From Ginglymostoma cirratum (Eukaryota): DNA of 64,000 bases. Under the pieces are notes generated by a model. That model saw nothing but the letters and a program-made list of their open reading frames with translations. It did not search any database and was not told the origin of the DNA. Of this stretch, positions 10,413 to 22,957 are shown in pieces (the first letter of the stretch is position 1; each line of letters begins with the position of its first letter). Position numbers and translations under genes: made by a program. The DNA is taken from contig JAHRHZ010000042.1 of assembly GCA_024137785.1 (NCBI GenBank), positions 2,327,719-2,391,718 on the forward strand. The letters are read 5' to 3'.

Positions 10413-13219
10413 AGTAACTTTCCTGTTCAATAACTGTTTCAACAATGAATACCAGGCCTTCATGAAATCCTTGGTCAGTGGGTTTAATTACAGACACAAT
10501 AGACTGTATTTCTTGCTGGAAATCTGAAGTCACCAGTCAGTGCCAATAGCTTTAGCAGATCTCTGGATTCTTTTACTTACTGCTTAGAGACTTTTCTGAG
10601 AACTTTCAGCAAGTCACCAACTGGAGAATAACAAGAGGGAGAAAAAAAAATCAGAAACAACCCAATCAGGAAGTTTCTGAAACCAAAACTACCTCCTGTC
10701 CAAAAAACCGTCTGAATCTCTCTGTTTTCTCTTTCTTTTTCAACGTTTTCTGTGGTTCGCTGGCCAGCCCTTGGATTGACCATTTCAACATTCAACCAGC
10801 TGCTACGGCATAGCAACATCTCAGAGGCAGATTGTGTCTGCAGTGTCCTTAGAGCAGTAATTAACCTGCATTATCTTTCCAGGTCACTTCTCAACAGCAA
10901 ATATCTGTCTTTTGTTCTGTCCTTGTTTTTAAGTGCTGTTCAAATTTCAATTCTCAACTTTAACTCTTTGCTCCTGACCAAAAATGAGAAAAATAAAAGT
11001 GATGGTCTCCACAATAAATTATCAAGTTCCAGTAGCCATTACGCAGACAAACATAGAAGCCATGCATACAGCAAGATCCTGAAAAATATGTAAAAAGGAC
11101 CAGTGGTTTAGTGACAAATAAGAAAAAACCCAGAAATTTCTGGAGAAAATTCAACAAGCCCAGCAGCATTTGGGGGGGAAAAAGCAATGTGACCCTTCAC
11201 TGGACACGAAGGATTAATTCTATTTTCTCACCACAGATGCTGTCAGACTCGTTGAGTTTCTCTAGCAATTTCTTTTATTGTTTGTTTCTGGCATCCACAA
11301 GCTTTGTTTTGTTTTAGCAGCTTAGTGATGTTGTGTGAGGGACAGGAAACTGAATGCGTTCTGTATCTCTGTTTTCTCCTTGAAATGGAAATATAGGAAG
11401 AGATGGGGGCCCTTTTGAATTTGTTCCACCATTCAATGAAATTGGTGTCTTGCCTCTATCCAACTATCTCCATTCTGTTGCCCTTCAAAACTTTATCTAA
11501 CAAAAATATATCAGTCTCCGTTCTGAAATTTTTAATTGGTGCTCCCAACCTCAACAACTTTAAGTTTACACAAACAAGCAGAGAGGACCATAATTTAATG
11601 TTTCCTCTGAAAATTTGCACCTTTGACAGTGCAGAATTCTCCTTAGTTCAAACCTTAGTATAGGACTTAAACCTAGTGCTCACTACTTTACTGAATCCAG
11701 AAGGGAGAATGTTAATATATGATATTCCATAGTCAATGTTCTCTATGTTTTGTGGGCACAAACAACGAGGCCTTTGTTGCAGAGGGAACAAATTGGTCAC
11801 ACAATAGCAGCATTCCATACCCAACAGTCAAAGGATCACACAGTGTAACAAGCTGACCAGCAAAAGGTTCAAGGTAGCATTGTCTGTAGTTCCCCATTGC
11901 CCTTACAGCAATGTTAATCCCTGTCCTTATTTGGCATTGTGGCAGATGTAAAGTTTGGAAATAGGCTTCTTGCATAATAATTCACAGCACTTACCTGTCC
12001 TCGTAAATATGCACAAATCAGCATATGCTGCAAAATATAAAGGTCAAACCACTCCCACAACCCAAAACTGATAGTTTTTCAATGGGGAGGATGGGAATTT
12101 CAATATGTTGTAAAGTCCTTTATTTAATCAACATAATTGAACCTGTGAAATTGCTGCCACATCAGTTTTCATTGATAGTTGGATTAATGCAGAATATTAC
12201 ACAGCAGGATGTCCTGAATGTCAGCCAAATGACTCACTCAATGTCAATCAGGTCTTGACAGAAGAAGTGAAGCTTGACTTTACCAAAGTTTGATGTTGAA
12301 CTGTTAACTCGTGTCTACCCCTGATATCAGAACCCTGATATCAGAATCCTCGTGAACCGAGGATTCACGGCAGTGGGTCCTGGGATCTTACAGCCCATGT
12401 ATCATAATATCAAAATTCCAAACAGTTCTTCCCAGGTGTTGAATGCTATTTTGAAGTGACATTAGAGTTCTCATTTCAGAATGCACTATTCTCTGACGGT
12501 CAAGGATGAACATTCAAAATTACTGTTAACCATGGCTCAGTGAATAATATTCTCACTTTTCACTAGGAGGCACATATGGGCGCAAATCACCAAGCTGACA
12601 GCTGTGGGCCTGTAAGAAAGCTCAAAATCAGGAAGGATTTTGATTGAATACATAAGAAAAAAATGGTTTCCAGTGGCTGAGAGGGTAACTGGAGACAGGG
12701 AGGTGGAAATTGGCAGAAGAATCAGAGAGAGAGAGAAGAATGAGAAACATTCTGATCTAGAATGCTCTTCCTGAAAGTGTTGTGGAATCAGAATCTATAA
12801 TTGTGAAGAGATTGGATAAATGCTTGAAAACTCAAAATCAGAATTGCGTAAAGAGCCAGGAATTAATTTTGCAGCTCTTAAAAAGAACGATTACAGGTTA
12901 ATAAGCTAAATAATTATGGTTTTGATACAGGACGACACTTGTCTTCCAGCTCTGCCTCAAAAGCCACCTCCCTCAACTTTGAAGTTTCTCTCATTTCTAG
13001 TCTTGGATGAGCTGACGTTTTGTGAAGACAAAGCCATTTTCTTTGGTCTCCATGATAAACTGCATTCTCTGGCCATTGCCTTGATTCAATTCACTGTCCC
13101 AACAGTTCCAACTGCCCCAGGCTGAACCAGACTGTTCACAACTGTGGTGTTGTATTTGATCCAGTGTTGAGTGTCTGACTACATATCCATTTCATTACTA
13201 AGACTCGATTTATCCCTAT

Positions 13220-13985
13220 TTATTAATGGGATGTGGATTTTGTTGGCAAGGCGAACTGTTGGTGAGCTGTTTACTTGAACCGCTGCAGTTCTTTTGGTGT
13301 AGATACACCCAACATTACTTTTAGGGAGGGAGTTCTGGGATTTTGACACACTGACACTGAAGGTAATATAGCTCCAAGTCAGGATGGTGTATCACTTAGA
13401 GGTGGTATCTTCTCTCCAAGTTCTTCTTGCTGATAGAAACCATGGGTTTAGGAGGCTCTTTTAGCCACTTGCTGCAGTGCGTCTTGTAGGTGGTACACAC
13501 TGCTGCCTCCGTGTGCCTATGGTAGGAGAAGTGAAAATATAAGGTTGTGGGTGGGCTGACGGTAAAGAGTGCTGCATTTTGTCCTGGATGGTGTCAAACT
13601 TAGAGTGTTATTTGAACTGCACCCATCCAGGAAAGAGGAGAGTATTCCATCACACTCTTGACTCCTACATTGTCAATGATGGAACAAAAACAAAGTTGCT
13701 GGAAAAGCTCAGCAGGTCTGGCAGCATCTGTGGAGGAGAAAACAGAGTTAATGTTCTGGGTCTGGTGACCCTTCCTCAGAACTGATGGGCAGATTTGGGA
13801 AATTCGGGAGGTAAGATACTCTGCAAAACTCTCAGCCTGTGACCTGCTGCCGTAGCCGCTGTATTTTATGGGACTATCCCAGAATTTTAGTGGTGGAGGG
13901 TTTCCACAATAGCCGTGTCATTGAACATTAAGTGAGATAGTTAAGTATTCTGTTGTCGGAGATAATCATTGCCTGGCATTTGCCT
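13220..13985 (-). mobile_element. CR1/L2-group LINE 3' fragment interrupted by a short element at 13683-13782
   Basis: Homologous to 2385-2801/7588-7880. Confidence 0.7.
13683..13782 (-). mobile_element. Penelope-type short element family 2 (degenerate hammerhead core)
   Basis: Near-identical to 16741-16841; flanked by TGATGG at 13677-13682 and 13783-13788. Confidence 0.75.
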
Positions 13986-15612
13986 GTACCTTTGTTATAC
14001 TCCCTTACTGTGGTTCTGCTTCAGCTCACATGCTGGAACTCTTATCCATGCCGTTGTTCCTATTTAGAATTGGCTAAGAATGTGTTGCAACAGTGAGCTT
14101 CCCACATACTATTCTTCATAAATGCAATCATTCAACATTGCTGCTTTTGTCGTGACTTGCACCAAGTCCTGTTCATTCTTCAGTCCTGTGTTTATATACT
14201 GTATTGTCTTCCAACTAACAACAATTGGATTTGAAATTCTCATCTTTCTTTTCGAAACTCTTGTCCCTTCCTATCTCTGTTACCTTCTCTAACCCCCCAA
14301 AGGATGCACTGGTTTTCCAGCTCTGCCCTCCACAGGTTTACTATTCAGACAGACGGGTCTTGCTGTTAGAGCTGAGGTACCAGGGTCTGCGGTGGTGACG
14401 CTGTCAGTTTAACTGGAACTGTAGCCCAGCCATTGGGACAGGATTGTGAAAGGACAGCTGAGAAACAAGGAGAGAGTTTAGAGGGGTACCATTGCTAACA
14501 AACAACAAATTGCCTTTGCCTATTGCCTTTAACATAATAAATTGCCCCAAGGAGCTTACAGCAGTGTTTACACGAAGCAAAATTTGATAATGTCCTATGT
14601 AAGAATAAATTTAGAGAGGAAATTCAAGAACTTAGAATCCAGGCAACTGAAGGCACAGGCTGTCAATGGCGGGCAAGGCAAACCTATAACATGCAAGAGG
14701 CCAGAGTTGGAGGAGTGCAGAAATCTTGGAAACAATTGCAAATGGTTGGTCTATTGACAAAGAACCCATTGTCTCGAGGAGGTATGTGCTCTTTTCTTCC
14801 AGCTGAGCAGCACAGGGAGAGTTGGCTGTGTGCGCTCAATCAGATTTGAGATTGTCTGACGACACCTGAAATGGAATTGACAAGGTGGGAGTGATCACAA
14901 GGTTAATTTGTTGGGCTCCTGTTAATTGTCTACATCTTGATCAAAGCTAAATCCCCAGGCACATTCCCCAGAGTAAAATAGTACTGCCAGTATTGAGCAA
15001 TGAATGGTGTGTAAGTACTCCGTAACTACCAACAAACGCTTAAGAATGAACCATGCTTACTTCCTCCTTCAGTACAAATACAATCAGCAGCACATACTTG
15101 GTTTGATACCTATCTCTAACTCACAGTCGCTATCTTGCTGGACAATTCAAATGAAGAATGCAGGATACTTTAACACTGATCCCTATTGTTTGTTTGAAAA
15201 TCCTGTGCATTTGAAATAATGAAAAGGTATTGTCTGCTTACCTTGTGTAAACATATGGATCTGTGCATGCATGTGTGTAGTGGGTATCCATGTGTGTGTG
15301 TTGGGGGGTGGGGGGCGGTGGGATGGATGTAGCCTTTGTAGTTTGTGTGATTGAAGAGCAGTGCTTACACTGGAATGATCATTCTCTGCCTTTCCACTTC
15401 CCGATGTGACTAATTTCTGTGGCAGTGCTTATTTTATTTCATTCTTTGGTCCTCATAGCCAGCCTCTGGAGGTCAAAGCTACCAGCCTACTTAAGGGGTT
15501 GGGAGCTCTCAGCCTTTCCTGGTTTCGAGCCAAGTGGCCATTCTGTGTGTGTGGGCTTGGGTGGACAGTGTCAGCGGGATATTTGATCTTGAAGGACATC
15601 AACAGCGACAAT

Positions 15613-15773
15613 AAGGTGTGGAGCTGGATGAACACAGCAGGCCAAGCAGCATCAACCCACTGAAACTGTCTATGTTTTCCTGCTCCTGTGATGCTGCTTG
15701 GCCTGCTGTGTTCATCCAGCTCCACACCTTGTTAGCTCAGATTCTCCAGCATCTGCAGCTCCTATTATCTCTC
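15613..15773. mobile_element. Penelope-type family 1 fold-back insertion with 14-bp TSD
   Basis: 42-bp inverted arms 15613-15654 / 15689-15730; TSD TCAACAGC(G/A)ACAAT at 15599-15612 and 15774-15787. Confidence 0.75.
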
Positions 15774-16272
15774 TCAACAGCAACAATGTTAATTTACATT
15801 TGCATAGCAACTTCAATGTAAAGGAGGTCGCAAGATGTCACAGGAGCATTTGTCAAGCAAATATTAACAGTGAATCACATCGAGTTATTAGGAATGGTGA
15901 CTGAAAATTTCTCCAAATATTTAAAGAATATCACAAGGGAGAGATTTAGAGAAGGAACTTCAGGGTTTAGATTCAAATAGCTGAAGTATTGGCAAAGGGG
16001 TGGAAATCCAAATTGTTGAGTGGACTGAATTAGAGGACAACAGAGATCTCAGAAGGTCTTAGAGAGGGGGGACTTCAACAGTCTCTCAACATGTTGCTGA
16101 GCTGGGAGCCAACGTAGCTTGGTAATTATCAGTGAATGGGGTTGGGCTGATTTAGGACACGGACAGCATTGCTTCGGATGAGTTCCACTTTGCAGAGGGT
16201 GGAAAATGGGAAGTCAGGTAAAGAGACTGTTGAAACATCCTGTCTTTACTTAATCCTGTGATTTATTTGCAG

Positions 16273-16324
16273 GAGTCACTGGTAGCAAGCATCTGAGATG
16301 ATGGAACTCAGGACCATTCTGTTG
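16273..16324 (+). CDS. Candidate upstream exon containing a start codon (ATG 16298; MMELRTILL)
   Basis: Branch-like CTTAAT plus tttatttgcAG acceptor. The phase-0 donor TTG|GTACAG (weak) is compatible with exon A. Confidence 0.3.
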
Positions 16325-16708
16325 GTACAGTCCAACATTTTAAACTGTGGATCACAGAGATCTGTCCTCTATTTTAATAGAGCACTCTACCAACAGCAAT
16401 GGATACTGGGATAGCATGAGCTGCATTGCTGTTTCTAACATTTTTCATACTCCAGAGAGAGGAAACATCCCAAAATCTAACTGCTGGGTTTGGAGACAGA
16501 AAAAAAGGGAAGGGAGGAGGAGACGAAGGTTGTAATAATTCCACTCAGCTGACCCCTGCAGTCCATTTGATGATGTGTTTGCTGCTGTGTTTATGCCTGG
16601 CATTGACAGATACCTCAGCTCATGTTCTGTGACAGGAATTGTCTCACCCAGGATTTATTCACTGGTGACACTCCGAAGGAATGCTTGGTCAGGACAATAA
16701 CAAATTCA

Positions 16709-16850
16709 AACCAAAAGAACTGCGGATGCTGTAAATCAGGAATAAAAACAAAGTTGCTGGAAAAGCTCAGCAGGTCTGGCAGCATCTGTGGAGGAGAAAA
16801 CAGAGTTAACGTTTCGGGTCCAGTGACCCTTCCTCAGAACTGAGAATGTG
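16709..16850 (-). mobile_element. Penelope-type family 2 element with intact minimal hammerhead core, 13-bp TSD
   Basis: TSD AATAACAAATTCA at 16696-16708 and 16851-16863. Minus strand reads AGTT-CTGAGGA-AGGGTC-ACTG-GACCC-GAAAC-GTT-AACT. Confidence 0.8.
16804..16841 (-). ncRNA. Minimal type I hammerhead ribozyme motif
   Basis: CUGANGA / 5-bp stem II / GAAA / palindromic ACGU stem III / H = U / stem I AGUU:AACU. Confidence 0.65.
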
Positions 16851-17450
16851 AATAACAAATTCACATGAATGGTTTTTTTAGAAATGTTAAGGAAAGAGTG
16901 GACTTGCATTCAATTAGCACCTGCCTGGCCTCAGGAATTATGAAAATAGCCAAATGTTTTTTATATGCTTTTCAAATGTAGACAGTTTTGTGATTTAGGA
17001 CAGATGATTGGACGATCTGTTTTTAGATGATGGGAGAAAAATATTATTCGAGGACAGAATTCCACTCCCCTTCTTACAGTTCCACAGAATCTTTACTGTC
17101 TACCTGAAAAGGCAGAGAGAACTTCAGTTTGTCACCAATCTCGGACTGTGCAGCACTCCTTCAGAACGTGGCTTTCTTTGATTTGCTGTAGAGAAATCGG
17201 TGTAGTGCATCCCAGGACAGATTTACTCCATTGCTCTTAGAATCCTTATAGTGCGGCAAGAGGCCATTCCACCCATTGAGTCTGCATTGAACCTCCAAAG
17301 AGCATCCCAACAATTTGATTAGCTCTTTCCAACTGCCAGCTGAGACATGCAGGGCCAAATGTCCTCCTGTGCTATGTTACTCCAATTCTACTGTTGCCGA
17401 CTTGCTGTGCTCGTTGGCTCCACCCAGTGGCAGTGACTGCTGATCATTGA

Positions 17451-17554
17451 GGAGTTCTGAGGAATGGTCACTGGACCCGAAACGTTAACTCTGTTTTCTC
17501 CTCCACAGATGCTGCCAGACCTGCTGAGCTTTTCCAGCAACTTTGTTTTTGTTC
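17451..17554 (+). mobile_element. Penelope-type family 2 element (104 bp) with hammerhead core, perfect 14-bp TSD
   Basis: TSD CTGCTGATCATTGA at 17437-17450 and 17555-17568. Core GAGTT-CTGAGGA-ATGGTCACTGGACCC-GAAAC-GTT-AACTC. Confidence 0.8.
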
Positions 17555-17620
17555 CTGCTGATCATTGAATCGCTACAGTGTAGGGAGCAAAATGACTAAA
17601 TAAATCAGATTTGGAGCCAG

Positions 17621-18093
17621 AGTCAGAGAGATGTACAGCATGGAAGCAGACCCTTCAGTTCAACTCATCCATGCCGACCAGATGTCCAATATAAATCTAG
17701 TCCCATTTGCCAGCATTTGGCCCATATCCCTCTAAACCCTTCCTATTCGTACACCCATCCTGATGCCTTTTAAATGTTGTAATTGTACCAGCCTCCACCA
17801 CTTCCTCTGGCAGTTCATTCCATACACGCACCACCCTCTGTGTGAAAAGGTTGGCCGGTAGGACCCTTTTAAATCTTTCCCCTGTCACCATAAACCTATG
17901 CCCTCTTGTTTTGGATTCTGCCACTCCAGGGAAAAGACCTTGTCTATTCAACTTACCCTTGCCCCTCAAGATTTAATGAACCTCTACAAGGTCACCCCTC
18001 AGCCTTCAACACTCCAGGCAAAATAGCCCCAGCCTATTCAGCCTCTCCCTGTAGCTCAAGATCTAATCCTGGCAACATCCTTGTAAATCATTT
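17621..18093 (-). mobile_element. CR1 (HER1-like) 3' fragment
   Basis: ORF 17697-17969: SKTRGHRF...FTQRVVRVWNELPEEVVEAGTITTFKRH. Confidence 0.9.
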
Positions 18094-19539
18094 TCTGTTA
18101 CATAGGATTGTGTCTTTTCTTTTTCTGGTGACCCTGGGTTTGACTCTCATCTGTGTCTATTGTTACTAATCCTCATGGAAGAGCCTGGGGTTTGTCCACT
18201 TTATTCTTCTGCCTTTATATTCTACATTTCGGGTTATTTTCCTGTGTTTTAAGATGGCACTGGAGAGTAGCGACACTTTACAACCACTTTTCACTGTATT
18301 TTGTAACAAGATGCACATGACAATGAATGAACCAAATAAAATTAACAGGGGATAGGCTGGACCTGTATGGGGCTAATGAGCTTTATTAATGTAAGCAACT
18401 GTAACATCAAGTGTTTGAGGGAGAGAGAATGGATGTCTGTACTGGATGGGAATCTACGCAGACACACGAAGGGGAATCAGTGAGATGAAGACGAGTGGGA
18501 GAAGGTGCTTGCAGACCATATGTTTGGCTGTAGGACCAAATTGCTTGATGCTTTGCTTCAATTCACTCTGTTCACACAAATGTTCTCAGTCAGGTTGTCG
18601 GACGTTAGATATTTATCTAATCACCCTGTTCAGATTCATTACTACATGCCTCTGGAGCAGGTGGGGCTTGAACTCAGGCCTCTTAGTCCAGAAGCAGGAA
18701 CACTACTACAATGCCACAAGGACTCCAGGTTGCTTGACACCAACCTCCAGAATTTCACACATACAGTCTGCTGATGATTTGAAATAAATGTTGATTAAGG
18801 AGTACAAATTGATCTGTCTATTCTCAGCGAGCGGGTAAGATTAACAACTAATCATGCTATTGAAAGAACAGGCTAATCTTGGGAGGTACCTGCTTCGAGC
18901 CAATAGCAGATATGTGGGCGTAAAAGCAGGTTACTTTTCAAAATTATTTAAGTTAAAATCTTCAGTTCAGTCCAGCTTTGAATTTGCTTACTAAGCGGAA
19001 ACCAGAACACACCTGATCAGGGTTTGCAGAGAGGAGCCAATGGGACCCAAACACTCAGAGTAAACCTGTCATTACAGTTTTGCCACTCTGGGACAAGACG
19101 CAGTTCCATACGCTCGCACGCCGCATGTGCACGCTTCACCAAAGGAATTTTTGACACAATGCAGAAGTTGCCACATTGATGAGAAATGATCTCCTGAACA
19201 TTGCAGGTAATTGACGTTTAAAGAGGCAGAATGCAAAAAAAAAGGACAAATCTTTTGTATGGACGGAACCCAACTGGAAGAGCAGGTGCTATTTTTAACC
19301 GTGTCATATGGGAATGCTTTTGTGTTTTATTGTCGTTAATGTGATTGTGTTACAGATTTGCTGAGGTATAAGGATTTGTGACAATAGCTCTGCTATGATT
19401 ATTCTTTCTTTCTGCTTTATTTTTCTGAATGGGCCTCTCCTTGTCTGTAGTAACAGGCTTACCTCTGAATCCTAACGTTGTTGATTGAAGTCTCAAACCA
19501 GAGAAGATTAAAAGAAGATTTGGTTTTTTTTGTTACAAC

Positions 19540-20105
19540 TTAATTCATGGGCAGTGGCTTTTGGTGGTAAGATCAGTATTTTATGCCTGCGTCCAATTGC
19601 CATTAAAAATGTAGTGGTGAACTGCCACCTTGAACTGTTGTTATTCGTCTTCTGCACGCATGTTCACAGCGCTGTGAGGAAGGGATTTCCAGGATTTTGA
19701 CTTTGTAGCTATGAAGGAATGGCGATGTGGTTCCAAATTAAGATAGAGTGTGACTTGGGAATGGTGTTTTTCCTATTTGCCTGTTGCCCTTGTCATTTTG
19801 TAACAGAGGTTACAATTTTGGAGGTATTGTTAACAGAGCCTTGGGGGTTGCGGCTGTGCACTTTATAAATGGTAAACTCACCTCCCCTGGTACACTGGCA
19901 ATTGAAGGATTTTAATGTTCTGAATGCAATGTAAAATCAAACAGAACTGATGATTTTGAGCTTTCTGAGTGTCTTTGGAGCTGCATTTGTTCAGACAAGT
20001 GGAATGCATTCCATCACACTGCTAACTTTTGCCTATGCTTTGGGGAGGTGATTTACTTGGTACAGAATTCCAAGTTTCTGACCCACTGTTGTAGCTACAG
20101 TATTT
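19540..20105 (-). mobile_element. Old CR1/L2-group LINE 3' fragment
   Basis: Homology to 2385-2801. Confidence 0.6.
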
Positions 20106-20629
20106 TTATGACAGATTCTGCATATAGGTAAGCATTTTCCTTTACTTTGGAATGCGAAATATTCTGTGGGAAATACGATAAATCACACAAAGTCTTATTC
20201 TTGTGCTTTTGTTTCTGTCGAAAAGCAAAATACCAAAGATGCTGGCAACATAAAACAAAAATGGAAATGTGGAAAATACTTTGCAGGTTTGGTAGCTTCT
20301 GTTGAGAGAGAAAAAGGGTTAACATTTCAGATCTGTGATCTTTGAAAGATTGTCAACCTGAAACATTAACTCTATTTCTCCGCAATGCAGCCGGAACTGT
20401 TAAACAGTTCCAAGATTTTCTGTCTTTATATCTGAGTATTTCTGTTCCTGCTGTGTCCTCCGTATTGCAACACAGGAATACTCTGAAATGTTACAACCCT
20501 AAAAAAAGCTTTAGCATTAACAGATAAAGGAAACTAACACATTTATTAAGAGTTGGACTGACCAGCACAAATTGGCTGAACTAGAATGCTTTGATTTCAA
20601 TCCATTTGCCTAGCATGCAGTTAATATTA

Positions 20630-21015
20630 TGATGTGATTTGATTTATTATTGTCACATGTACTGAGATACATTGAAAAATATTGTTTTGCGTGCTATCCA
20701 GACAAATCATACCTGACACATGTACACCAGGGTAATAGAACAAAATGCAGAGTATAGAGTTAAGCTATAGAGAAGGTGCAGAGAAAGATCACCTCTAAGA
20801 AATGAGACGTCTGTCCCATGTGTCTGATAACAGCGGGGAAGAAGCTGTTCTTAAATCTGTTGGTACATATTTTCAAACTTTTGTATCTTCTGCCTGATGG
20901 AAGAGGGTGGAATAGAGTATAATTGAGAGGGAGGGGTCTTTGATTATGTTGGCTGCTTTCCTGAGGCATTGGGAATTGTAGACAGAATCAATGAAAGGAA
21001 AGCTGGTTTTCATGA
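20630..21015 (-). mobile_element. Rex1/Babar-type LINE 3' end
   Basis: LFHPLPSGRRYKSL..TNRFKNSFFPAVIR C-terminal motif; a related 3' tail also occurs at ~30735-30893. Confidence 0.75.
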
Positions 21016-21339
21016 TGCCACCCCCACTCACCTCCTGACATCTTAACTAAAATCAGACAAAGGCAGGCTTGGGTTTAGTTGCAGTGCAAGATGCCTCTTG
21101 AATGGGCTGGACACTTTTCCAATTTTCCCTATTCTTTTTCTCTCCATACCTCTTAACACTTCACAAGCTGCCACACCATCACATCCCTCAGCCATTGTGA
21201 ATCCCTTGCTTCCTGTATGTCCCTCAGTCCAGCTCTCTGCAGCGAGTGGAAGGCTGAGGTAGGCAAATGTAAGGGTAATGTCACTAAAGTCAGAGGTTCC
21301 TCACGAAACTTGAGACAGAACGCTCTGCCTAGTTCTAAC

Positions 21340-21660
21340 CTGGGATTGTTTCCTGTTGTGGAGGAATCTGGGATAAGGGGACACAGTTTAAAGGTAATAG
21401 GGCTCCCATTTAAAATGAATATGGAGAAGATTTTTCTTCTTTCAAAGTGTCATACTCTTTGGCATTCTCTTCCACAGAACGCAGTGGAGGCTGAGTCATT
21501 GAATTTGCTCCAGGCCAGGTTAGACAAATTTACCACCTCTATAAGGGAGTCAAGGAAAGTGGAGTTGAAGCTTCAATTAGATCAGCCACGAATAGCACAA
21601 CAGGCATGAGTAACCGAACGGATTACTCCTACTCCTATTTCTCGTGATCTTATGATCTTA
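21340..21660 (+). mobile_element. Old CR1 3' fragment
   Basis: ESGIRGHSLK...LWHSLPQNAVEAESL motif. Confidence 0.7.
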
Positions 21661-22112
21661 CAGTAACTTGACATTGCACGTTCTCACCATTGTGTATAAG
21701 GTAATTCCGTATAAGATTTGTCTTGCATTTGCTGGTATCTTGCATTTATTCCACGTATTCTGAATGAGTGGAACCAGTTTCTTGTAGCCCAGCTGTAGAT
21801 AAATTTACCCACATTTACCATAACCTGAACTATAAGTGGGCTAAAAGCCCTGAGGTCTAAGATGGCATTAAGACAGATGTGAAGCTTTGCCCTCCCTAAA
21901 AATGAGCAGTTAGGCACTAATTTCTATCCCAAAGTGTCCAAATACAGAATCACAGAATTGTCACAGGACAAGACAAGGCCATTCAGCCCACCTCTCCAAA
22001 TGAGCATCTCGTTTCCTATAACCCTGCACATTCAGAGACCAGTCTAACTGCTTCAATTAACTCTGCCTCCGCCATGGGTTTCAGGCAGTGCATTCCAGAT
22101 ACTATCCACCTA

Positions 22113-22422
22113 GTGCTGGGGAGCCAGTTCAATTCCAGCCTCAGGCGAATGTCTGTGTGGAGTTTGCACGTTCTTCCTGTGTCTGCATGGGTTTTTGTTA
22201 GGTGGTCCAGTTTCCTCCTACTGTCCAAAGATGTGCAGGTCAGGTGTATTGGTCATGCTAAAGTCCTTCTGTAGTGTCCAAGGATGTGTAGACGAGATGC
22301 ATTAGCTATGGGAAATACAATGCTACAAGGATAGGGTGGGGGACTGAGTGGGATGCTTTTCAGAGAGTTGGTGCAGACTAAGTGGGCTGAATGGCCTCTT
22401 TCCCCTCTGTAGGGATTCTGTG
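22113..22422 (+). mobile_element. HE1-type V-SINE, 5'-truncated
   Basis: GTCTGTGTGGAGTTTGCACGTTCT...GTCCAAAGATGTGCAGG core shared with the 40350 and 53251 copies. Confidence 0.75.
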
Positions 22423-22957
22423 AGATGAAAAAAACGAGGTCAGTGAAGTAGATTTAAGCATACTGGCTTAAAGGAGGGCAGAACTACTAAGGTTTAGGGA
22501 ACCTTTTGAACCAGACAGCTGATGGCAAAGCCGAACTGATGAAGATTAGGAATTCACAAGGGAGGGAAGTGGAGATCTCAGAGGACTGGAAAGCTTGAGG
22601 CAACCATAGAGATAGAGAGGAGAGAGGCTGCAGTAGGATGTGATCATGAGAAAAGGGATTTAATGGCAAACAGGACTTTCAGAAAGTTTTTAACATAACT
22701 TGGGAATGAAATGGTTAATGTCTAACCATAATTCTAATGGTTAACTGGTAAACACTTGGAGTGACACACCCAAAAGCTAACTCGTTGAATCTGACATTTC
22801 TATTGAAAATCCACTGAAAATTCACACCACAGAGACAGACAATCCCTTCAATCCAATTGTGTTTGTTTAAAATGCATTTTTAATGAGGCTTTTTTTTGAG
22901 CGTGTTTTTCTTCTAGTGAGTTTATTTTTTTTCTGTGTTTTTCTTTTTCATACACAG

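Noticed and set aside
9765-17554. Recurring near-identical palindromic repeats as a CRISPR-like array
   Set aside because: Irregular kb-scale spacing, mixed orientation, individual TSDs and a eukaryotic context indicate dispersed retro-insertions.
22883-22957. ATG 22883 with hydrophobic N-terminus resembling a signal peptide
   Set aside because: It is the translated polypyrimidine tract of the acceptor at 22957.
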